Source: an uncultured Lachnospiraceae bacterium
GTDB lineage: Bacteria; Bacillota; Clostridia; Lachnospirales; Lachnospiraceae
Length of the DNA: 64,000 bases
Assembly: GCA_910588295.1 (NCBI GenBank)
Contig: CAJUQO010000009.1
Span: 8,261 to 72,260 of the forward strand
Reading direction: 5' to 3'
Notes under the pieces: generated by a model
Seen by the model: only the letters and a program-made list of their open reading frames with translations
Databases searched by the model: none
What the model was told of the DNA's origin: nothing
Shown: positions 1 through 9,391 of the stretch, in pieces
Numbering within the stretch: position 1 is the first letter of the stretch
Layout: every line of letters starts with the position of its first letter
Position numbers and translations under genes: made by a program

Positions 1-210
1 ATGCTCGGCGGCCTTTTCATTAAAGGAAGCGCCTCCATGGAAACGTTTGATCAGATCCTGAGATTCCAGTATGGCCAGATCTCTTCGTATGGTCAGTTCG
101 GAGACATTCAGAAGCCGGCTGGCCTCGGCAACGGATACTGTTTTTTTCTCACGGATATGGTTCATAAGTTTTTTTTGGCGGGTTTCGATAATACTTCTTG
201 ACTGGTTCAT
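1..210 (-). CDS. DeoR-family transcriptional regulator, N-terminal part (gene continues past the left edge)
   Basis: Reverse complement of 1-210 reads MNQSRSIIETRQKKLMNHIREKKTVSVAEASRLLNVSELTIRRDLAILESQDLIKRFHGGASFNEKAAEH, a textbook DeoR winged HTH. The ATG is the complement of 208-210. It is missing from the track because no stop lies in the window. The listed 1..201 (+) ORF is its antisense shadow. Confidence 0.8.
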   Translation of the reverse strand, partial: MNQSRSIIETRQKKLMNHIREKKTVSVAEASRLLNVSELTIRRDLAILESQDLIKRFHGGASFNEKAAEH

Positions 211-391
211 ATAGTAGCCCTCATTGTACTGTATTAATAATATGTTTCCGGGAAAAGTATATCTGAATGAATTTGTTAGTTTTCCGGATGATTATGATTA
301 TTCGTTCATAAAACAAGGATAAATGAATTTTTTCAAGAAATCAAGGAAAAACAGCACAAAAATAAATAAATAAAGCTGTTGAAGATGCCAA

Positions 392-420
392 TTGAAACCA
401 AGGACAATAAGTGATATGAT
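392..420 (+). promoter_or_regulatory. putative sigma-A promoter of the ABC/ula-like operon
   Basis: TTGAAA (392-397), 17-nt spacer, TATGAT (415-420), in an AT-rich intergenic region about 110 nt upstream of the SBP start. Confidence 0.4.
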
Positions 421-532
421 TCAAACAGTTCAATTAAACGTTCTAATAAATGGAAGAAAATGGAATATACGAACGTTTAAAAGAAAAAGAAACAATTGAA
501 GCAAACGATTCATGTAAAAGAAAGGGAAAAAA

Positions 533-1702
533 ATGAAAAGAAAAATTCTGAAAAAAGTCATCGGTATCACAGCGGCAGCGGCCATGATGGGAACGCTTTT
601 CGTCGGATGCGGCAGCAGTTCCAGCAGTTCTGCCACTTCCGAAGCGCCGGCTTCTTCCAAAGTATCGGCAGCTTCTGAAGCGCCGGCCTCATCATCGCCT
701 GAAGCATCGGCGGCAGAAACCACACCGGATTCCGGCAAAAAATATAAAATTGCTCTGAGCAATTCCTATATGGGAAATGACTGGCGTCAGCTGATGATCA
801 AGACAGCTCAGGTTGTAGCTGAAAAAGAGCCGTATGCCAGCCAGGTTGAACTGGATATTGTTACCTGTGAAAACACGGCGGAAGCCCAGTCCGCTTCCAT
901 CGACGCTTTGGTTGAGGAAGGCTATGACGCTATTCTGATCGAGGCTTCCTCTCCCACAGCTCTGATTCCGGCCATCCAGAGAGCGCAGGACGCGGGTATC
1001 GTTATCGTTACCTTTGACAATACCGTAGACGCGGAAGGCGTGTATAAAGTAGGTACGGATCTGGCAGACATGAGTGAAGCATGGGCCACATGGCTGGTTA
1101 CCGCCTGCGGAGACGGCGCTAACATCATTATGGATACAGGTATTGCCGGCTCCACTTCCGGAAACATCATGTATGAAGCGGCGAAGAAAGTATTTGATGA
1201 GCATGGTATCAACGTGGTTTCCGAATTTGCCAGCGAGTATGCAGACGGTGTAGGTCAGGAGCAGATCGCTAGTGTGCTGGCCGCCAACGACAAGATTGAC
1301 GGCGTATATGCTCTCTGCTACGCCAATACGGTATACAATGCGTTCACAGACGCCGGCAGAGATCTGGTACCGACCACAAGCTTTAATACCAACATTGGCC
1401 AGTCGATTGCTTTTGATAACAATATGCAGGTGCTGATCGGACAGAATACGCCGGGCCTTGGCGCGGAAGCTATGAAGGTAGCCGTAGACGTATTAAACGG
1501 CGAAAATGTACCGCAGGAAAATCTGGTTAAGGCAGGATTCTTTACCAACGACACATCTGTAGATTTTGGATGGGCAACAACCAAGCTTGAAGAAGGCGTT
1601 ACTTTCTTCCGCGACCTTCCGGACGCATTTGATTTCCCGGCGGTTCCGGCAGATTTCGATCCGCAGGTAACAGCAGAGGAAGTATCCAACTATCAGCAGT
1701 AA
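533..1702 (+). CDS. sugar ABC transporter substrate-binding lipoprotein (RbsB/type-1 PBP-like)
   Basis: Signal peptide plus lipobox LFVGCGSS, followed by a Ser/Ala-rich linker. The body has a periplasmic-binding-protein-type layout (KIALSNSYMGNDWRQ..., DAILIEASSP). It is the first gene of an ABC operon. Confidence 0.85.
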   Translation: MKRKILKKVIGITAAAAMMGTLFVGCGSSSSSSATSEAPASSKVSAASEAPASSSPEASAAETTPDSGKKYKIALSNSYMGNDWRQLMIKTAQVVAEKEPYASQVELDIVTCENTAEAQSASIDALVEEGYDAILIEASSPTALIPAIQRAQDAGIVIVTFDNTVDAEGVYKVGTDLADMSEAWATWLVTACGDGANIIMDTGIAGSTSGNIMYEAAKKVFDEHGINVVSEFASEYADGVGQEQIASVLAANDKIDGVYALCYANTVYNAFTDAGRDLVPTTSFNTNIGQSIAFDNNMQVLIGQNTPGLGAEAMKVAVDVLNGENVPQENLVKAGFFTNDTSVDFGWATTKLEEGVTFFRDLPDAFDFPAVPADFDPQVTAEEVSNYQQ

Positions 1703-1712
1703 GCACCAGGAA

Positions 1713-1741
1713 AAAGCCTGCCGCCTGTGGCGGCGGGCTTT
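1713..1741 (+). terminator. intercistronic stem-loop after the SBP gene (partial terminator or mRNA stabiliser)
   Basis: AAAGCCTGCCGCC-TGT-GGCGGCGGGCTTT is a 13-bp stem with one G.U pair. The U-tract is weak, so this looks like attenuation or stabilisation rather than full termination. Confidence 0.4.
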
Positions 1742-1779
1742 CAAAGTAAATATACAGAAACTTGTGAGAGGAGAAAAGC

Positions 1780-3300
1780 ATGGCAGACTTAGAGATGAAC
1801 CAGATTACCAAGTCTTTCGGCGAAGTAACGGTTTTAAAGGATGTCACTTTACACTGTAATCGCGGTGAAGTGCATGCTTTGCTGGGAGAAAACGGCGCCG
1901 GAAAAAGTACGCTATTGAAGGTGCTCAGCGGTGCACATCTCCCGGACGCAGGAGAAATAAAGCTGTTTGGTAAAAAGGCGGAGATCCGTAATCCCAACGA
2001 TGCAATGCGTTACGGCATTGGCACGGTATACCAGGAACTGTCCGTCATACCGGAGCTGACAGTCAGTGAAAATATTTTTGTGGGGCGGATCCCCAAAAGA
2101 AAAACAGGCATGTTTGACAGAAAAAAGCTGGAAGAAGACACCAGGAAGCTTTTTGAAGAATATGGGATAGATGATATTGACCCGAATGCTAAAGCCCGGT
2201 CACTCTCCCTGTCCCAGAAGCAGATTGTGGAAATCCTGAAAACACTGGCAAAAAACCCCGAGATCATTATTCTGGATGAGGCAACCTCCGCCCTTACGGA
2301 TGACAGAGTTGTATGGCTTTTGGGAGTGGCGAGGAAACTGGCTGACCAGGGCAGGATCGTGCTGTTTATTTCTCACAGAATGGCGGAAATTCAATATGGA
2401 TGTGACATGATTACGATTTTGAGGAATGGTGAGAATTCCGGTGAGGTCAGCGCTAAAGAAATAGATATGGATGATGTTATCAGCAAGATGCTGGGAAGAA
2501 AGATGGCGGGCTATTTTCCGGAGATCACCAGCTATAAAACGGATGATTTGGTGATGCAGGTACGGAATCTGACCTATTTACATGTTCTTAACGGCGTGGA
2601 TCTGGACGTATACCGGGGCGAGGTGCTGGGAATCGGCGGTCTGGCAGGACAGGGACAGGCAGAACTTCTGCAGGCTCTCTACGGCGTGCTGAAAACAAAG
2701 GGAGAGGTCAGGCTGAAGGGAAAAAGCATCCGGCTGCATTCGGTAAAATCCGCTATACGAAACGGTATTGCGCTGATTCCGGAAGAAAGGGCCATTCAGG
2801 GACTGATTTTACGTGATTCCATACGTTATAATATATCCCTTCCGATTCTAAATAAAATCAGCAATCCCATGTGGGTATCCCAGAAGAAAGAATATGCTGT
2901 TGTAGATAAATATATGAAAGAGCTGCAGATCAAAGCCGACAGCCGGGAAATGGCGGCTATCAATCTGTCTGGAGGAAACCAGCAGAAGGTTGTTATGGCC
3001 AAGATTCTTGCCATGGAACCGGAGGTTTTTTTGATGCATGATATTACGCGCGGCGTGGATATAGGAACCAAGAAGGAAATGTTCCATATGGTCCGCGAGT
3101 TTGCCAAAGAAGGCCATCCGGTTATCTTCTTCTCCACGGACGTGGAAGAATTGGTTAACGTATGCGACCGAGTTGCCGTTATGTATGATGGAAAGATCCA
3201 GGCGGATCTGCAGGATCAGGCGCTTACCAGAGAGAATATTATCAAAGCGGCTATCGGAAACAGTGTGGATGATGAAACTGCTGTAAAGGAGGGGGCATAA
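1780..3300 (+). CDS. sugar ABC transporter ATP-binding protein (duplicated ATPase, RbsA/MglA type)
   Basis: 506 aa. Walker A GENGAGKST, signature LSLSQKQ/LSGGNQQK, Walker B IIILDE. The two NBDs are typical of CUT2 importers. Confidence 0.9.
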   Translation: MADLEMNQITKSFGEVTVLKDVTLHCNRGEVHALLGENGAGKSTLLKVLSGAHLPDAGEIKLFGKKAEIRNPNDAMRYGIGTVYQELSVIPELTVSENIFVGRIPKRKTGMFDRKKLEEDTRKLFEEYGIDDIDPNAKARSLSLSQKQIVEILKTLAKNPEIIILDEATSALTDDRVVWLLGVARKLADQGRIVLFISHRMAEIQYGCDMITILRNGENSGEVSAKEIDMDDVISKMLGRKMAGYFPEITSYKTDDLVMQVRNLTYLHVLNGVDLDVYRGEVLGIGGLAGQGQAELLQALYGVLKTKGEVRLKGKSIRLHSVKSAIRNGIALIPEERAIQGLILRDSIRYNISLPILNKISNPMWVSQKKEYAVVDKYMKELQIKADSREMAAINLSGGNQQKVVMAKILAMEPEVFLMHDITRGVDIGTKKEMFHMVREFAKEGHPVIFFSTDVEELVNVCDRVAVMYDGKIQADLQDQALTRENIIKAAIGNSVDDETAVKEGA

Positions 3301-3301
3301 G

Positions 3302-4282
3302 ATGAAGACAGGTAAAAGGTTTAATCTGAAAGATTTTCTGAAGGAAAACTGGATTGCCCTGATTCCCTATGTTATGTTTGTGATCATGTTTGCGGTCATG
3401 GGTGTGTTAAACAGCAGTACGCTCACGCTGCGGTATATTGCCAACAAAATGGACGCGGCATTTTCTCTGATCCTCTGCGCGGCAGGCCAGACACTGGTGC
3501 TTCTTACGGGCGGTTTTGATCTTTCGGTAGGCGGTGTGATTTGCATGACCAACAGTCTGTCGGCATCCCGTATGCAGGATAATCTGGGAAGTATGCTGCT
3601 TTGGGCATTGATCTGTTTGATGATCGGGCTCGGTATCGGTATCTTTAATGGTTATGTTATAGAGAAAACAAAACTGCAGCCGTTTATTGTAACTCTGGCT
3701 GTTCAGTATATCTGTTACGGTGCGGCGCTTCTGATCCTGAAAGTGGACGGCGGCCTTGTGCCGGCTTCCTACATCAGCGGTTTACTGCACAGATTCGGTC
3801 CGATTCCGTTATCCATGATTCTTACTGTCGTATTGATTCTGGCATGGCTGTTTTTCAAAAACACAAAGCCGGGCTTTAGCATCTATGCTGTCGGCAGCAA
3901 TGAAAACGCAGCCCGTTTGAACGGTATCTCCATCCTGAGAACAAAAATGCTGGCTTACGGTCTTTCCGGCGCTTTTGCGGCTCTGGCCGGTCTGTTTCGG
4001 ACGGCGCAGGTGGCCAGTGGTTCACCTACAGCCGGTGCGGATTTCGTCATGATCTCCATTTCATCAGCGGTGATTGGAGGTACGGCGCTGACCGGAGGTT
4101 CCGGCGGAATGATAGGAACTGTGGTAGGCGCGCTGGTACTTCGCACGATCAGCGACCTGCTGGTATTTATGAAAGTTTCTTCATACTGGTCTTCCCTTGT
4201 GCAGGGTGTACTGCTCATTCTCGCGGTGGCAGCCAGCGCCTATGGCTCCATGTTGAAACGAAGAGGAGGTGCGGCTTCATGA
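3302..4282 (+). CDS. ABC transporter permease (RbsC/branched-chain-type)
   Basis: 326 aa and highly hydrophobic. RbsC-like motifs (LLTGGFDLSVGG, YAVGSNENAARLNGI). It follows the ATPase stop directly. Confidence 0.85.
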   Translation: MKTGKRFNLKDFLKENWIALIPYVMFVIMFAVMGVLNSSTLTLRYIANKMDAAFSLILCAAGQTLVLLTGGFDLSVGGVICMTNSLSASRMQDNLGSMLLWALICLMIGLGIGIFNGYVIEKTKLQPFIVTLAVQYICYGAALLILKVDGGLVPASYISGLLHRFGPIPLSMILTVVLILAWLFFKNTKPGFSIYAVGSNENAARLNGISILRTKMLAYGLSGAFAALAGLFRTAQVASGSPTAGADFVMISISSAVIGGTALTGGSGGMIGTVVGALVLRTISDLLVFMKVSSYWSSLVQGVLLILAVAASAYGSMLKRRGGAAS

Positions 4283-5226
4283 ATGCAAGAGCAATGTTCA
4301 AAAAGAATTTTTCTGTGATCATGACCTTTTTGATTGCCATAGCCCTTTTTGCCGTGATCTCTGTCATGAGGCCGGGCTATGCGAACGTCAATAATATCCG
4401 CGTGCTTTGTATCACAGCGTCTTTTCTCGGCCTGACGGCCATGGGGCAGATGGCGGCTATATTAACCGGCGGTATGGATCTGTCCATCCCCTGGATGTTC
4501 ACCATCGCCGCGTTTCTTACGGCCAGTCTCACGAAGGGGGAGGACGGCAGGCTGTTTTACGCGATACCGGTGGTTTTGCTGGTGGGCGTGCTTATGGGCG
4601 CGTTTAATGGCTTTGGAATCGCGTATGTCGGTATCGCGCCGGTAATCATGACCATGGCGTCCAATATCATTTTTCAGGGGCTTCTGGTGGGCCTTACCGG
4701 AGGGACTCCCGGAGGAACGGCGCCAAAGGCGCTGAAATCCTTTGCCAATGGTTCTGTGGGCCCGGTTTCGGCCGCGTTGATTTTCTGGATCATCGTATCT
4801 GCGGTTTTTTACATTTTGATCGCCAGATCGCCCTATGGCCGTAAGCTATATGCTATAGGAAACAGTGATACCGTAGCTATTTTCTCCGGTATCAATGTCA
4901 AACTGACCAGAGCCAGCGCCTATATGATTTGCGGATTTTTTGCCGCGCTGGCCGGTATTCTGTACTCCGGACGTGTAAGTCAGCTATATCTGGGTATGGG
5001 AGATCCGTACCAGATGGATTCTGTTTCCGCAGTAGCCATCGGCGGCGTTTCGCTGTTGGGCGGGTCGGGCAGCTACATCGGCGTGATCGGCGGCGTTTTT
5101 GTCCTGGTTATGCTTAACGGCGTACTTACCGCGCTGGGATTTGAACAGAGCGTGCAGAAGATCGTATTTGGTGTAGTACTTTTCCTGGCGGTGCTGTTAT
5201 CCAGCCGGAGGCAGAAAAGCAGGTAA
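4279..5226 (+). CDS. ABC transporter permease (second RbsC-like subunit)
   Basis: 315 aa, with an ATGA overlap onto the previous gene. Motifs ILTGGMDLSIP and YAIGNSDTVAIFSGINV. Confidence 0.85.
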   Translation: MNARAMFKKNFSVIMTFLIAIALFAVISVMRPGYANVNNIRVLCITASFLGLTAMGQMAAILTGGMDLSIPWMFTIAAFLTASLTKGEDGRLFYAIPVVLLVGVLMGAFNGFGIAYVGIAPVIMTMASNIIFQGLLVGLTGGTPGGTAPKALKSFANGSVGPVSAALIFWIIVSAVFYILIARSPYGRKLYAIGNSDTVAIFSGINVKLTRASAYMICGFFAALAGILYSGRVSQLYLGMGDPYQMDSVSAVAIGGVSLLGGSGSYIGVIGGVFVLVMLNGVLTALGFEQSVQKIVFGVVLFLAVLLSSRRQKSR

Positions 5227-5258
5227 ACATATAAAGTAATTAAGAAAGGGGATTAGAT

Positions 5259-6770
5259 ATGGCAAAGAACGGGGCGGCCTGCGGCTTTCCGTATGTGGAC
5301 ATTCTTAACGGACAGCAATTGAACGCGGTGCGGTCAGGGGTATATGACATTCTGAAAAACACCGGTGTAACTGTACAGAACGAAAAGATGCGGCAGGTTC
5401 TGGCTGAGTTTGGCTGCCGTGTGGATCATGCCCGGGAAAGGGTGTATTTTGACCAGGAAGTGGTGGACCGGGCTCTGGCGCTGGCGCCTAAGGGATTCAC
5501 GGTTACTGCCAGAGACCAGGCAAACAATGTCCTGCTGCAGCCGGGAAAAACGACACAGTTTATCAATGCCTGCGGAACAGCGATCTGGCGTGAGGATAAA
5601 CAGGAATCAGCCGTTCCTTCCAGAAAAGAATTCTATGAATATATGAGGCTGTTGGATGCCCTTCCGAATCTGGATTTCCATAACTGCTTTCCTTTCTTTG
5701 GTTTCGATAAAGTGCCGGAGTGCATGAAGCTGATTGAATCCGTAGCGGCAAAATACCGGGTATCGACAAAGGCCCAGATTGAGGGGACCGTATTTGATAA
5801 TTACCGGTTTACGACAGAAATGGCCAAAGCCATGGGCGTGGATCTGTGCCAGATCGTCAATTCGGCAGCCCCGCTGACTTATTTTACGGAGACCGCGGAC
5901 CAGATCTTTAACTACACGCAGGCAGATCTGCCCTTTCACTTTGCCGCAGGGCCCACCAGGGGACTGACCAGCCCCATGAGCGCGGCGGGATCGGTGATCT
6001 CCAACAACGCCGAGTGCCTTGCCGGACTTATCATGGCTCAGGCGGTAAAACCGGGAGCAAGAGTCTGGATGAACAGTATGATCATGACTCCGAATATGGC
6101 GACGGGCAAACCGGCTTTCGGAGATATCGGAAACACGTATACCGATATGGCGTTTAACCAGTACTGGAGAAGCTGCGGTATACCCTGCTGGTCAAACGCG
6201 GCGTCCTGGAGCAGTTCAAAAAATATAGATTATCAGGCCGGTTATGAACAGACCATGGCGCTGATGGGGCAGGTCCTTAGTGGATCAACGGTTATTTCCT
6301 ATCAGGGCGGCATGTACGCGGAACTCTACGCCAGTCCGTTAAAGGCTGTCATTGATGACGACGTGGTAGGCATGGTGAAGCGGCTGATGAGGGGCATTGA
6401 TACTTCGGAAGAAGGATTATCTCTGGAATTGATCCAGGAGACGGGCCCGATTCCCGGTTCCTTTATGGATTCTGATGAGACGCTTCTCGGATGGCGGGAG
6501 GAGTGTTATATTCCCACGGTATCTTCAAGAACAGGATATGAAGAATGGAAAAATGGTGGCAAAAAAGATGTGATTCAAAATGCGGGCGAGAGAACAGAAA
6601 AGCTTTTGAAGGAACAGAAGGTGCAGACGCTGCCGGCGGATCAAGAACAGGCGCTAGAAGACATCCTAAATGACGCCCGCCAGTATTATTATAAAACAGG
6701 AAAAATTACGGAAGAAGAATGGAAGGCGTATCAGGAAGATATTCATTCACCGAATTATCCGTTTGCTTGA
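5259..6770 (+). CDS. MttB-superfamily (trimethylamine methyltransferase-like) protein, non-pyrrolysine type
   Basis: 503 aa. The N-terminus (LNGQQLNAVRSGVYDILKNTGVTVQNEKMRQVLAEFGCRVDHARERVYFDQEVVDRAL) matches the MttB family pattern as I know it. The ORF is uninterrupted, with no in-frame TAG. Confidence 0.7.
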   Translation: MAKNGAACGFPYVDILNGQQLNAVRSGVYDILKNTGVTVQNEKMRQVLAEFGCRVDHARERVYFDQEVVDRALALAPKGFTVTARDQANNVLLQPGKTTQFINACGTAIWREDKQESAVPSRKEFYEYMRLLDALPNLDFHNCFPFFGFDKVPECMKLIESVAAKYRVSTKAQIEGTVFDNYRFTTEMAKAMGVDLCQIVNSAAPLTYFTETADQIFNYTQADLPFHFAAGPTRGLTSPMSAAGSVISNNAECLAGLIMAQAVKPGARVWMNSMIMTPNMATGKPAFGDIGNTYTDMAFNQYWRSCGIPCWSNAASWSSSKNIDYQAGYEQTMALMGQVLSGSTVISYQGGMYAELYASPLKAVIDDDVVGMVKRLMRGIDTSEEGLSLELIQETGPIPGSFMDSDETLLGWREECYIPTVSSRTGYEEWKNGGKKDVIQNAGERTEKLLKEQKVQTLPADQEQALEDILNDARQYYYKTGKITEEEWKAYQEDIHSPNYPFA

Positions 6771-6787
6771 ATTAAGGAGGAAAGGGC

Positions 6788-8266
6788 ATGTATGTGGTGG
6801 TTCTGGATGTGGGCACATCCAGTATGCGGGGGATACTTGCCGATGAACAGGGCCGGTTCCTGGCTTTGAAACAGATAAACTATTGCCCAAGATACGTGAC
6901 GGATCGCTGGATCGAGCAGGATGCCGCCGATTTTGATTCGGCGCTGACGGCCATAGGAAAATCCATGGCGGAGGCGGCGAAGGAACATCATATACAGATT
7001 TCCTGCATATCTGTTACCTCCCAGCGGTCGGCGGTTATTCCTGTGGATCGGTCGGGGGATCCGTTGATGCCTGCCGTGATGTGGCAGGACACCAGAAACG
7101 CAGATATCGTGAAACGGCTGAAGGCGCAGGATGATCTTGTTTTTTCCATCAGCGGAGCGGGCGTTAATACGGTGTTTTCCGGATCAAAAATGACCTGGAT
7201 TAGAGAAAGGTGCGGGGATGTATACAGAAAACTGTACAAATATGTGACCATACCCTCTTATCTGATGTTTCGGATGACGGGATCATACTTCATGGATTAT
7301 ACCTATGCCAGCCGGTCAAATCTGCTGGATCTGAAAGAAAAAAGGTGGAGTACAGAGCTTCTGGAACTGTTTCGTGTGAAAGAGGAACACCTGTGTACGC
7401 TTATCGAACCGGGAATGTCTGTTGGGACGGTAACCCGGGAGTTTGCAAACGCTACGGGGCTTACGCAGGGGATACCGGTAGTGTCGGCCGGCGGCGACCA
7501 GCAGTGCGCGGCTGTGGGACAGGGCGCTTTTAAGGAAGGCGTGGTATCCGTTGTTGCGGGAACGGGGGCGTTCCTTGTTACTGCCTGCGACAGTTTTCCT
7601 CAAAATCTGAAAAAAGATCTTACCTGCAATTGTTCGGCAGTTGCGGGAAAATACATTCTGGAGGCAAATGTACTGACCTGTGCCTCTGCATTCGACTGGT
7701 TCAGGAGAATGTTTTACAGTGATCCGCAGGATTATGCCCTGATCAGTCGGGAACTGGCAGAAGCCTGTCTGGAAAACAGCGATGAGATTGTCCTCCCGTT
7801 TTTCCAGGGAAGAAGCTTTGGAGGCTGGAATCCGGATGCAAAAGCCTATTTCGGCAATATCACGCTGTCAACGACCCGCGGGGAAATGCTGAAAGCATTG
7901 CTGCAGGGGATTTTCCTGGAAGTTTATAACGGAATTTTGGCTTTTGAAGAATATGTACCTGTGAGAGAGGCTTATATCAGCGGCGGTATGACAAAAAGCG
8001 GCGTGATGAACCAGCTGCAGGCAGACATATACGGAATCCGGCTGCATCGCGGCAAAAACAGTGAATCAACGGCATTGGGAGCGTTGTTGTCGGCGCTGAC
8101 GGCGATGGGCGCATATCCGGATATGGATACTGCTTTTATGGCAGCGGGCCCGAAAAATGAAGATATTTATGTGCCGGACAGAGAAAAAACGGCGCAATAT
8201 GAAAAAGTTAGAGTTGAAGTTAACCGGCTGTACGGAAAGATTAATTCCAAGGAGAAGAAGAGATGA
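6788..8266 (+). CDS. FGGY-family carbohydrate kinase
   Basis: 492 aa. N-terminal [12 protein letters not shown] phosphate-1 motif, then [13 protein letters not shown] and GGMTKS motifs typical of the xylulo/glycerol/L-xylulose kinase family. Confidence 0.85.
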   Translation: MYVVVLDVGTSSMRGILADEQGRFLALKQINYCPRYVTDRWIEQDAADFDSALTAIGKSMAEAAKEHHIQISCISVTSQRSAVIPVDRSGDPLMPAVMWQDTRNADIVKRLKAQDDLVFSISGAGVNTVFSGSKMTWIRERCGDVYRKLYKYVTIPSYLMFRMTGSYFMDYTYASRSNLLDLKEKRWSTELLELFRVKEEHLCTLIEPGMSVGTVTREFANATGLTQGIPVVSAGGDQQCAAVGQGAFKEGVVSVVAGTGAFLVTACDSFPQNLKKDLTCNCSAVAGKYILEANVLTCASAFDWFRRMFYSDPQDYALISRELAEACLENSDEIVLPFFQGRSFGGWNPDAKAYFGNITLSTTRGEMLKALLQGIFLEVYNGILAFEEYVPVREAYISGGMTKSGVMNQLQADIYGIRLHRGKNSESTALGALLSALTAMGAYPDMDTAFMAAGPKNEDIYVPDREKTAQYEKVRVEVNRLYGKINSKEKKR

Positions 8267-9366
8267 GTAAAATCAATGATATTACCAGAGAAAGCTGGAT
8301 CATGAGTACATTTCCGGAATGGGGAACGTGGCTGAATGAAGAGATAGAGAATGAAGAGGTAAAACCGGGAACCGTAGCCATGTGGTGGCTTGGCTGTACC
8401 GGTATGTGGTTCAAAACTCCCGGCGGATGCAACATTACGGTGGATCTTTGGGCAGGAAATGGAAAACGTTCCCACGGTAACGGAAAAATGAAAGCCGGTC
8501 ACCAGATGGCCAATATGGCCGGCGTGCGGAATATGCAGCCGAATCTCAGAGCGGTTCCCTTTGTCATTGATCCATTTGCCGTCAAACAGGTGGACGCGGT
8601 ACTGGCGACCCATTATCATCAGGACCATATGAGCGCGGAATATGCAGCCCATGTGATTAAGAGCGGGATGACTACCGTGGACGAAAAGGGCAAAGAAATC
8701 CCGGTTCCGTTTATTGGACCGAAAAAATCCGTAGAGCTCTGGGAAAGATGGGGCGTTCCCGCAGACCGCTGCATCACGGTCAGACCGGGAGACGCCATAA
8801 AAATAAAAGATATAGAGATCGTGGCGCTGGATTCTTTTGACAGAACCTGTCTGGTGACTACGGATTCCACCGATGCGGACAGAGAAGAACTGACCGGAAG
8901 ACTGCCGGACGATATGGATGAGAAAGCGGTGAATTATCTGATTAAGACTCCCGGTGGAAATATTTATCACAGCGGGGATTCCCATTATTCCATTTATTTT
9001 GCCAAACATGGCAAGGATTACGATGTGGATGTGGCATTTGGCTCTTATGGAGAGAATCCGGTGGGTATCCAGGATAAGATGACTTCCTGCGATATCCTCC
9101 GCATGGCGGAAGCGCTGCGCTGTAAAGTAGTTATACCGATCCATTACGATGTATGGTCGAATTTTATGGCAGATATTAATGAAATCAAGGTGCTTTATGA
9201 GATGAAGAAAGATCGGCTGAATTATCAGTTCCATCCTTTTTTCTGGGAAGTGGGAGGCAAATATGTATATCCCACGGATAAAGATAAGAGAGCCTATCAC
9301 CATTACAGAGGATTTGATGACTGCTTTGAAAATCCGCAGAATATTCCTTTCAGATCATTGCTGTAA
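8263..9366 (+). CDS. ulaG: L-ascorbate-6-phosphate lactonase UlaG-like MBL-fold hydrolase
   Basis: 367 aa. [44 protein letters not shown].., ..HYHQDH.., ..YHSGDSHYS.. and C-terminal RGFDDCF...PFRSLL are collinear with E. coli UlaG as I recall it. ATGA overlap with the kinase gene. Confidence 0.85.
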   Translation: MSKINDITRESWIMSTFPEWGTWLNEEIENEEVKPGTVAMWWLGCTGMWFKTPGGCNITVDLWAGNGKRSHGNGKMKAGHQMANMAGVRNMQPNLRAVPFVIDPFAVKQVDAVLATHYHQDHMSAEYAAHVIKSGMTTVDEKGKEIPVPFIGPKKSVELWERWGVPADRCITVRPGDAIKIKDIEIVALDSFDRTCLVTTDSTDADREELTGRLPDDMDEKAVNYLIKTPGGNIYHSGDSHYSIYFAKHGKDYDVDVAFGSYGENPVGIQDKMTSCDILRMAEALRCKVVIPIHYDVWSNFMADINEIKVLYEMKKDRLNYQFHPFFWEVGGKYVYPTDKDKRAYHHYRGFDDCFENPQNIPFRSLL

Positions 9367-9391
9367 CCGCGGGCAGAGGGAGGCAGATATT

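Noticed and set aside
1-201. 66-aa + strand ORF at the left edge
   Set aside because: The opposite strand encodes a textbook DeoR HTH over the same bases. The + frame has no family resemblance.
5259-6770. Possible pyrrolysine (in-frame UAG) in the MttB-family gene
   Set aside because: The ORF is continuous for 503 codons with no internal TAG. No pyl genes are seen, so it is a non-Pyl family member.
8167-9303. 378-aa ORF on the - strand
   Set aside because: It is antisense to the UlaG orthologue and the end of the FGGY kinase gene. The sequence is low-complexity and His/Arg-rich.
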